IMG/VR virus record: IMGVR_UViG_3300017649_000001
Span: 88,798-112,228 of that record
Source: a virus
Lineage: Duplodnaviria > Heunggongvirae > Uroviricota > Caudoviricetes
Reading direction: 5' to 3' (one strand)
DNA: 23,431 nt
A program made the position numbers and the translations under genes. How positions within the stretch are numbered: the stretch's first letter is position 1; every line of letters starts with the position of its first letter. Shown piece by piece: positions 1 through 6,900 of the stretch. The notes beneath the pieces were generated by a model. It made no database searches. It worked only from the letters and a program-made list of their open reading frames with translations, and was not told the origin of the DNA.

Positions 1-1
1 C

Positions 2-97
2 ATCACTGACGAACCCGCACCGCTACCTCAAGCCGTGGTTAAGGATGAAGTCCCTGCGGCCGAACTCGTCGGCGATTGGGCCATCACCAAGGAGTAA
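2..97 (+). CDS. 3' end of an upstream gene (partial; ...ITDEPAPLPQAVVKDEVPAAELVGDWAITKE*), function unknown, probably head module
   Basis: Frame open from base 2 to TAA 95-97, which overlaps the next ATG (TAATG). Not in the ORF track because its start is outside the window. Confidence 0.7.
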   Translation: MTDEPAPLPQAVVKDEVPAAELVGDWAITKE

Positions 98-918
98 TGC
101 TCGTGAACCGTTATCCGGAGTTTTACCCTGTCCTTCTGGAGTTTCCTCTTGTCGACGACAATGGCAAGCCTGTTGTTGCGACCCAGGCGACGCTAACCGT
201 AGCCAACTCGGAAGGTGTAGATATTTATGCCGCAGGATCGGCCGATATCGAAATCACTGATCCTGTCAAAATCCGGATTCCCGAAGAGTTCAACTATCTG
301 GATGACGGTTCACAGCTCGACGTGCGTGTAGCAAAACTTCGTTTGGTGACGGCGGATGGCGTGATCACTCGCACGCAGATGTTTGCCGTCACGTCGGAAA
401 CGCCACTGAAGGTGCTCTCGAACAGTTTTGTCACTTTCGAGAAGGCGGCGTTGATTGCGATGGGTATTGTGAACCTTGCCGGTTGGGCCAGCGCTACCGA
501 TGACGCCAAGATAACGGCGTTAAAGGAAGCGTATTCTAACATCATCAGCATGGTTTACGCGTATTCGGTCGACACGTCGAAATACCGCAGTCGCTTTGAT
601 TATGCGCTGGATTTCGACATTTTTGGCGGGCAGCGTGTCATCTCTCCCGCCGACTGGCTCGTTATGAAGGCCGCTGATTTTCAGGAAATGCCGCTCGAAT
701 TTCGCGCTGCGCTCATGAAAGCTCAAATTCTTGAGGCAAACGAACTTCTCGAAGGCGGCGTTGTCTCGCAAAAGATACGTTCCGGCATTACCAGTGAAAC
801 GATCGGGGAAAGCTCGATCACACTCAACGGCAACATGCTACGAACTTCGGTTGCTCGCAGTACGCTCGCCGTTCTGGGGCCGTACATCTACAATCGTACC
901 GTTGTCGCGAGGGGCTAA
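97..918 (+). CDS. Putative head-tail adaptor/connector (neck) protein, about 273 aa
   Basis: Track ORF 76..918. More likely start is ATG 97 (TAATG coupling) or GTG 103 (AAGGAG at 89-94, 8 nt spacer). First gene of the neck cluster; C-terminal ...GITSETIGES... segment is typical of head-tail adaptors. Confidence 0.7.
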   Translation: MLVNRYPEFYPVLLEFPLVDDNGKPVVATQATLTVANSEGVDIYAAGSADIEITDPVKIRIPEEFNYLDDGSQLDVRVAKLRLVTADGVITRTQMFAVTSETPLKVLSNSFVTFEKAALIAMGIVNLAGWASATDDAKITALKEAYSNIISMVYAYSVDTSKYRSRFDYALDFDIFGGQRVISPADWLVMKAADFQEMPLEFRAALMKAQILEANELLEGGVVSQKIRSGITSETIGESSITLNGNMLRTSVARSTLAVLGPYIYNRTVVARG

Positions 919-1262
919 TGTTCATCCCCAACAGCAAGGGTACGTACCAGAAGGTTACCGGACGAGATATTCACTCTCGTCCCACTTACAGCGCGGCAAT
1001 GATTTGCCCGTTCTCGCCCGTCAACATGCTTATCGCGGACCAGAAGACGTCGGTTCGAACCGACTCTTCGGCTTCCAGAGGTGCTGCGGACGAGCGCGTT
1101 GCTACAAGGGCCAAAATCCTCGTTCCGCCGTTCGTCGCCCTTTCTTTCGGTGACAAGTTCATGTTCGATGATATGGACTTCCGTGTTACCGCGGTTCACA
1201 AGCGGCGCAATGTTTTCGGCGCACTCGATCATCTGGAAATCGATCTGGAGATTGAGCCGTGA
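918..1262 (+). CDS. Putative head-closure / head-tail joining protein (114 aa)
   Basis: TAATG overlap with the upstream gene; size, beta-rich pattern and position match the stopper slot of siphovirus necks. Confidence 0.65.
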   Translation: MFIPNSKGTYQKVTGRDIHSRPTYSAAMICPFSPVNMLIADQKTSVRTDSSASRGAADERVATRAKILVPPFVALSFGDKFMFDDMDFRVTAVHKRRNVFGALDHLEIDLEIEP

Positions 1263-1738
1263 AGTTTCGCATCGACTCCAATATCGGTGAAGTCGTAACC
1301 AAGCTCTATAACCTTCAGGGCAAGGTGACGGATGCCGCGCGTTCTCAGATGATCCGCTCAGCCGATCGCATAGTTGAAAACGCCAAGAATTATGCTCCGG
1401 AAGACACCGGAACGCTTGTCGAGTCTATCAAGGCACGCCGCACATATGTGAACCGTCGTCTGTCTATCGAGATCGTAGCAGGCGACGGCCCGCCAATGCC
1501 GCATCCATATGGTTACAACCGCATGATCTCCGCGGCTGATTACGCCGCCTTGGTGCATGAGGCGTACTGGACTTTCACAAAGAAGCCGAGCGAGAAGACG
1601 CTCGCGAAGATTGCCACCTATGGGTCCAAAGTGGGCGAGGGGTTTCTGCGTACCGCTGTTGAAGAAGAGGCTGAGCGCCTGCATCGCAACATGATTGTGT
1701 CGGTCGAGAAGGTATTGCTTCAGGAGAATTTTCTATGA
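1259..1738 (+). CDS. HK97 gp10-like tail completion/neck protein (159 aa)
   Basis: GTGA overlap; motifs AKNYAPEDTGTLVESI and C-terminal FLRTAVEEE match the HK97 gp10 pattern (APxDTGxLxxSI ... FLRxA). Confidence 0.8.
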   Translation: MKFRIDSNIGEVVTKLYNLQGKVTDAARSQMIRSADRIVENAKNYAPEDTGTLVESIKARRTYVNRRLSIEIVAGDGPPMPHPYGYNRMISAADYAALVHEAYWTFTKKPSEKTLAKIATYGSKVGEGFLRTAVEEEAERLHRNMIVSVEKVLLQENFL

Positions 1739-2160
1739 TTTTTGACGTGATTGAGGATCGCCTGATCGCTTCCGGCGATTTCACTCCAGGAAAAGACCTA
1801 TTCCGGAACTTCATGGGCGCCGACTGCCAGATCGGAGTTTTAATACGCGGACCGCTGACGGGTATCAGTATCGATCCGACTATCGATGGCTGGCACAAGG
1901 GGCGTATTCAGATAATCGTCCGCCACACGGACCCGGTCTTGGGACAACAGCTCATGAAGAAGGTCACGAAACTTGTAACCTTCGAAGGCGACAAGGTGTT
2001 CCCGGCTAATGATGAACGTGGCGAGCTTCGCCTACTTCTGTTCTTTCCTGAAACTCTGCCTATCCAGTTCCCCCGCCTGGAAGGCAATGCGATAGAGTGG
2101 TCTGTTCACTTCAAAACCGTTTTTTCGGTAGACCCTGAATGGTATCGAGAAGCGAATTAA
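1735..2160 (+). CDS. Putative tail terminator (minor capsid/tail completion family, 141 aa)
   Basis: ATGA overlap; immediately precedes the tube gene; size and the IQIIVRH strand fit tail-terminator proteins. Confidence 0.65.
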   Translation: MIFDVIEDRLIASGDFTPGKDLFRNFMGADCQIGVLIRGPLTGISIDPTIDGWHKGRIQIIVRHTDPVLGQQLMKKVTKLVTFEGDKVFPANDERGELRLLLFFPETLPIQFPRLEGNAIEWSVHFKTVFSVDPEWYREAN

Positions 2161-2174
2161 CTATCTCCGCAATC

Positions 2175-2208
2175 AATACCTAATCACCTACGTAGGCATT
2201 TAGGCATT
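2175..2208. repeat. 34-bp imperfect dyad AATACCTA-ATCACCTA-CG-TAGGCATT-TAGGCATT
   Basis: 13 of 17 symmetric positions pair by hand count; perfect core CCTACGTAGG; tandem TAGGCATT at 2193-2200 and 2201-2208. Confidence 0.75.
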
Positions 2209-2213
2209 ATTTC

Positions 2214-2242
2214 TTGCCGTAATCTCACCGTTCAGTTATATT
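2214..2242 (+). promoter_or_regulatory. Sigma70-like promoter for the major tail gene
   Basis: TTGCCG (2214-2219), 17 nt spacer, TATATT (2237-2242). Confidence 0.55.
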
Positions 2243-2255
2243 AACTAAATAGTTA
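2242..2255. promoter_or_regulatory. Palindromic box TAACTAAATAGTTA (copy 1)
   Basis: 12/12 match to TAACTA-NN-TAGTTA; intergenic, 30 nt before the tube gene ATG. Confidence 0.8.
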
Positions 2256-2285
2256 TTTAGCCAGAACGGCCAAGGAGAAATTGAA

Positions 2286-3116
2286 ATGGCATCTAGCACC
2301 AAGAATGTGAAGCTTGGCGTGTGCAAGGTCTATTATGACGGCATCGACATGGGCTTCACCAAGGGTGGCGTGGAGGTTGAAGTTCAGTCCACCACCCACG
2401 ACGTTACGGTTGACCAGCTCGGTGAAACCCCGATTGCTCAGCTTATCACCGGTCGTACGATTACGGCTTCCTGCCCACTGGCAGAAACGACGCTCGAAAA
2501 CATGATCGCCGTCATGCCGGGCGCTACGCTCGTTTCCGATGGTGTAAAGGCCAGCGGTAAGGTCACGCTCACCGGCGTTGCTGTTGCTGGCGATACCGTA
2601 CTTATCGAAGACTATCCGTTCGAGTATGCCGCAGTTCCTGCGACAGACTTTGAGGTTGCTATCGGCGCATCCGCTGCTGAAGCCGCTGAAAATCTGGCGT
2701 CGGCGATTAATGCCGCTGCTATCGAATGGTCTGCTGTTGCTGTGGGCGGCGTCGTGACGATTACCGCCAAGAAGAACGGTGTTGAGTACAACGCTCTGAT
2801 CCAGCTCGATTTCGCAACCGCTGCCAACGCGACTGCAGTCGATATCGCAGGTGGCAAGGATTCAACCAAGGCTCGCGTCGAGGTATCTTCGGGCGTCTCG
2901 ATCAATCTTCTCGACGTTGCAAAGCCGCTGCTTCTGCGTCCACTGAACACCGATGGTGAAGACGATCTGCTCATCTACCGCGCGGCTACTGCAGGTGCGA
3001 TGCAGTTCGCTTATCAGCACGACAACGAGCGTATCTTCCAGGCGTCCTTCAGTGGTTTCGCCACGGAAGACGGCAAGCTCTTCAGTCTTGGTGATCGCAC
3101 CGCGAAGGCAGCCTAA
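2286..3116 (+). CDS. Major tail (tube) protein with an internal inserted domain (276 aa)
   Basis: SD AAGGAG upstream; KNVKLGVCKVYYDGIDMGFTKGGVEVEV N-terminus typical of siphovirus tube proteins; lies directly before the chaperone genes. Confidence 0.88.
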   Translation: MASSTKNVKLGVCKVYYDGIDMGFTKGGVEVEVQSTTHDVTVDQLGETPIAQLITGRTITASCPLAETTLENMIAVMPGATLVSDGVKASGKVTLTGVAVAGDTVLIEDYPFEYAAVPATDFEVAIGASAAEAAENLASAINAAAIEWSAVAVGGVVTITAKKNGVEYNALIQLDFATAANATAVDIAGGKDSTKARVEVSSGVSINLLDVAKPLLLRPLNTDGEDDLLIYRAATAGAMQFAYQHDNERIFQASFSGFATEDGKLFSLGDRTAKAA

Positions 3117-3129
3117 TCCAATAATTCAC

Positions 3130-3155
3130 GTGACTGGTGTGCAATCACCAGTCAC
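3130..3155 (+). repeat. Perfect 10-bp hairpin GTGACTGGTG-TGCAAT-CACCAGTCAC
   Basis: Read directly; no U-tract follows, so not called a terminator. Confidence 0.8.
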
Positions 3156-3169
3156 TAACTCATTAGTTA
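3156..3169. promoter_or_regulatory. Palindromic box TAACTCATTAGTTA (copy 2)
   Basis: 11/12 match; abuts the hairpin; 18 nt before the chaperone ATG. Confidence 0.75.
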
Positions 3170-3187
3170 ACATCAAGGAAACCGGAA

Positions 3188-3535
3188 ATGAATGAAGTTG
3201 TCATCAAAGTGGATCGCGTTATCGAGGGTGATTTCAAGCCGTTTGCGATCGAACTGAAGGGCAAGAAGCACTACATCAAGGAAGCCACCATTCGCGACTA
3301 CATCGCAAATGAGAAAGCCTTGAAAGAGCTTCAGTCGGCAAACGCCGTCGAACGCGAAATTGAAATTCTGATGGATATGGTTTGCCGCGCATTCCCGACC
3401 GTCACCTTCGACGATCTTTCCGACCTTACACCATCTCAGCTCGTCGCCTTCGTTAATGACATGCGCGTCCTTTCGGGCGAAGCAACTCACGCTGACGAGA
3501 AGTCCGTGGAGGTGGATCCCGCTTCGGGAAAGTAA
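3188..3535 (+). CDS. Tail assembly chaperone (lambda gpG-like, 115 aa)
   Basis: Between tube and tape measure genes; ends in G GGA AAG TAA, the lambda G/T slippery heptamer. Confidence 0.85.
   Translation: MNEVVIKVDRVIEGDFKPFAIELKGKKHYIKEATIRDYIANEKALKELQSANAVEREIEILMDMVCRAFPTVTFDDLSDLTPSQLVAFVNDMRVLSGEATHADEKSVEVDPASGK
3526..3532 (+). other. Programmed -1 ribosomal frameshift site G GGA AAG
   Basis: X XXY YYZ heptamer in the correct phase; the -1 frame (GTA AGA CCT GGC CGG...) is open through the 3568..3900 ORF. Confidence 0.88.
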
Positions 3536-3900
3536 GACCTGGCCGGATCAAGTCCATCGATTACGACTTGATCTGCGCCAAAATCATGCGGGAGTTCCGA
3601 CTTTCGTTCGATGAGACTGTCAATATGCCGGTGCGCCGCTTCTGGTGGATGCGCGATATGGTCGGAAGACTTCGGGCGGATGATATTCTCAAGCTGAGCA
3701 ACCTGGGGATGCTGGCACTTGGAAGCGGCGAAAGTCGAACTGAATTGTTCGAAAGCCTGATCGAGACTGCCGGCTCCGATTACGAAGTAGAGGAAATTCA
3801 TAGTGCCGATCCGATTATCGATCCGCGTACTGGACTGGACGTAAACTTCGACAGACAGGGACTTAGTGAACTGAAGGCGCTTACCTCCGCATTTGACTAA
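3532..3900 (+). CDS. Frameshift-accessed C-terminal chaperone (gpT-like part of a 237-aa G-T fusion)
   Basis: Track ORF 3568..3900 starts at a TTG without an SD but is in frame with the -1 shift; F(D)ETVNMPVRRFWWM resembles gpT-type segments. Confidence 0.8.
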   Translation, partial: VRPGRIKSIDYDLICAKIMREFRLSFDETVNMPVRRFWWMRDMVGRLRADDILKLSNLGMLALGSGESRTELFESLIETAGSDYEVEEIHSADPIIDPRTGLDVNFDRQGLSELKALTSAFD

Positions 3901-3911
3901 CTAAATAGTTA
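3898..3911. promoter_or_regulatory. Palindromic box TAACTAAATAGTTA (copy 3)
   Basis: 12/12 match; its first TAA is the chaperone stop codon; 15 nt before the tape measure ATG. Confidence 0.8.
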
Positions 3912-3926
3912 TTTAAGGACGGCGCC

Positions 3927-6900
3927 ATGCAGAACGTTGCTTTTAACCTCCAACTAAATAGTGCGGCTTTTGATACTGCACTCAGTGGTGTCGCCAAAAG
4001 CCTCACCAATCTGCAGAAGCAGATCAGCCAGGTTAATCGTAACCTGAGCAGCATCACCAAGAGCGCCCAGAACACAGGTTCGGCTCTCGACGGTGCATCC
4101 GGCTCCATGCGTGGCTTCACTGCAACCGCTCGCGACCTGACTATTGTCGCGGGCGGTGTCTCGCTTGCCATCGGCGGTATGCGTCTTGCTGCCGAGTCGT
4201 GGATAGGCTCGATCATCCGCACGAACGCCGAAATGGAGCGACTTCGTTTCCAGCTCGCCGGCATGAGCAATGCGGCAGATCCCATGAAGGAGGCGCGACA
4301 GCAGGTTGAAGGTCTTCGCGATATGGCGAAGCAGACCCCGTTCGCGCTAAACACGCTCTCCAATTCCTTTGTTAAGCTGAAAGCAACTGGCGTCGATCCG
4401 ATGAATGGATCGCTTCAGGCGCTCGCTGACGGTGTTGCAGCCTTCGGCGGTGACGACGAGTCATTCAAGCGTATCACGCTCGCCATCAGTCAGATGAGTG
4501 GTAAGGGTGTGATCCAGATGGAAGAACTGCGCCAGCAGCTTGGTGAATCCATGCCGCGAGCAGTTGAACTCATGTCGCGCTCGATGGGCGTGTCGATGGG
4601 TGAACTCACCAAGATCATCAGCACCGGGCAGCTAGAAGCCAAGCGCAATCTTCAGACGTTGTTTGAGGAAATCGAACGTACTTATGGCGGTCGCTCACTC
4701 GCCATGATGCAGACCTTCTCCGGTCAGGTCTCGCAGCTCAAAACGAACCTTCAGACACTGGCTACAAATGAAGGCGGCTCGGGCTTTTTTGACCAGATCA
4801 AGGGGCTTCTCGTCGAGCTGAACGACTTCCTCAGCACATCAAAGGCTGATGCGCTCGCCACTTCGCTTGGTAAGGGTCTTCAGGGCGCTGTCGGTTACGC
4901 TGTGGATTTTGCGCAGGCGCTCTATAGTGTGAGCGGCGCACTCCGGGATATTGCATACCTGGTTGGCGGTGTCGCCGCGCTCAATCTCGTTTTCACCGGT
5001 CTGAACAGTTCCATTTCAGCCGTGGCCAATTCCTTCGCAACGTTTGGTCGTGTTCGTCAGGACATGCAGGATGTTGGAGCTGCAACCAGTCTTTTCGCCA
5101 CGCAGCTCTTTAAGACCGGCCAGACTGTTGATGCGGTCAAGATGGGCGCCGTCGGGCTTGCTGGCGCGTTGCGCGGGGTAGGTATGGCGCTCACCGCCGC
5201 GATGCCATTGATCTTCGCGCTTGGCTCTGCTGTCATACTTGCTGCTGATTATTTCGACGTTTTTGGCACGAAAGCTCAAAAAGCGTTCGAGGATTTCACA
5301 AAGTTTGGCGCTGAAACGCTTGAAGAAGCTCGTCGCATCTCGGACGAACGCGTCAAGATTGTAGAGGATGAAGTTGCGCGCAAGAAGCGGGCGCTGGAAA
5401 CGGCAGAGCGCTTCGCCAATGCGCCCATGGCTGCTCAGTACGGCACGACCACTTCTCCGGAAGAGGCAGCTAAAAATCTGCTGGACGCTGAAAAGAAGGC
5501 TGCAGAGACCCGCCTCGCCATCGAGGAAGGCAAGAAGCAGACCATCGAGAGGCTCTCCCGAGAAGAAAACAACCGGATTGAGCGCGGCCTGAACGAGCGT
5601 CTGACCAAGCAGAAGAACGCTTACGACCAGGAAATGAAAGACCTGGGCGATCAGTATAACAAGCGTATGGAAGCTGCCAAGGAGGCGGGTGAATCTCAGC
5701 GCGAGATCCATGACAGATACGTCAAGGATATCGCCGCATCGCAGAAGAAGCTTCTCGAGGCCGAACTCTCCACCATCGACAGCTACATCAAGGAAATTGG
5801 CTCAAAGACTGTCGGCGCCAGCAAGGATCAGGTCGCTGTCTACCAAAAGTCTATCGATGATCTGAACAAGAAGCGACAGGCGACCCAGAGCCGTCTTTCC
5901 TCCATCAACGCTTCCAGCATTGCGCCCGTCATGCTCTCCGGCAAGGGTGACAACACAGAAAAGCGGATGGAGAAGGGCGCCAAGCTCCTCGGCACGCTCG
6001 TCGGTGATTACAAGGATCTCCAGGCGGAGATCGCGGGTTCATCCGGCGCTCTGGAAAAGCTCAACTTCGAGCTTGAGAATGGCAAGTATGGTAGCGCCAA
6101 GGAAGGTGCGGAAGCCTTCGAAGAGATGGCCGACGCGCTGCGGAATGCCACAATCGCCAAGGAAGCCTTCCATCAGATTGACAAGTCGAACGACAAAGTT
6201 TCGTCCGACATTGAGCACGCTCGCGTCAAGCTTCTGGAAGAGCAGATCGACCTTCAGAATAAAATCGCTGGCAAGACCGAGGATATCACCGAAGCCGAAC
6301 GCATTCGGATGCGTCTCAACAATGGTGTCTACAAGGGACTTGGATCCGATACCGAGCGTTTCATCACCGAGCTGGAAGCTACGCTTGTTCCGATCACGCT
6401 GCAGGCTACCGCCTTGCAGAATGTCGGCGACGTTTCTCGCACCAACGCTTTCGGCGATGCGACCGCAAATGCCATCGATAACACCAAAACCAAGATCGAA
6501 GGTCTGACCACCACGGTCAAGACGCTGCGTGATACCATTGCCGGCGTCAACTTCGACAGTATGGGTACGCCAGGCCAGGGGATTCTCGGTAATATTTTCG
6601 GTGGCATCAACACCGCCATGAACGGTTTCCGAGACGCTATCAGTGGCGTGACGGCATCGGCGAACCTCATGTCGAAGAACATGAAGGTGTTTGGTAACCC
6701 TCTTGAGAAGGGCTGGAAGGAACAGAACATCGTTGGCGTCAAAGCTAACAATGGCATGTCCGTTCAGGTCCACCGAGAGGCTGCTTCTGCATTTCAGGGC
6801 TTCATAAACGATCTTCTGGCTACCGGTTACAAGATCAACTCTCTCGGTGGATACAACCCTCGTCTGAAGGTGAACGGGAAGGGTCTGTCGGAGCACGCCT

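Noticed and set aside
45-260. 71-aa plus-strand ORF
   Set aside because: Overlaps both the partial upstream gene and the adaptor gene in a third frame; no support.
3130-3155. Hairpin as an intrinsic terminator
   Set aside because: No U-tract in either direction; kept only as an unexplained hairpin.
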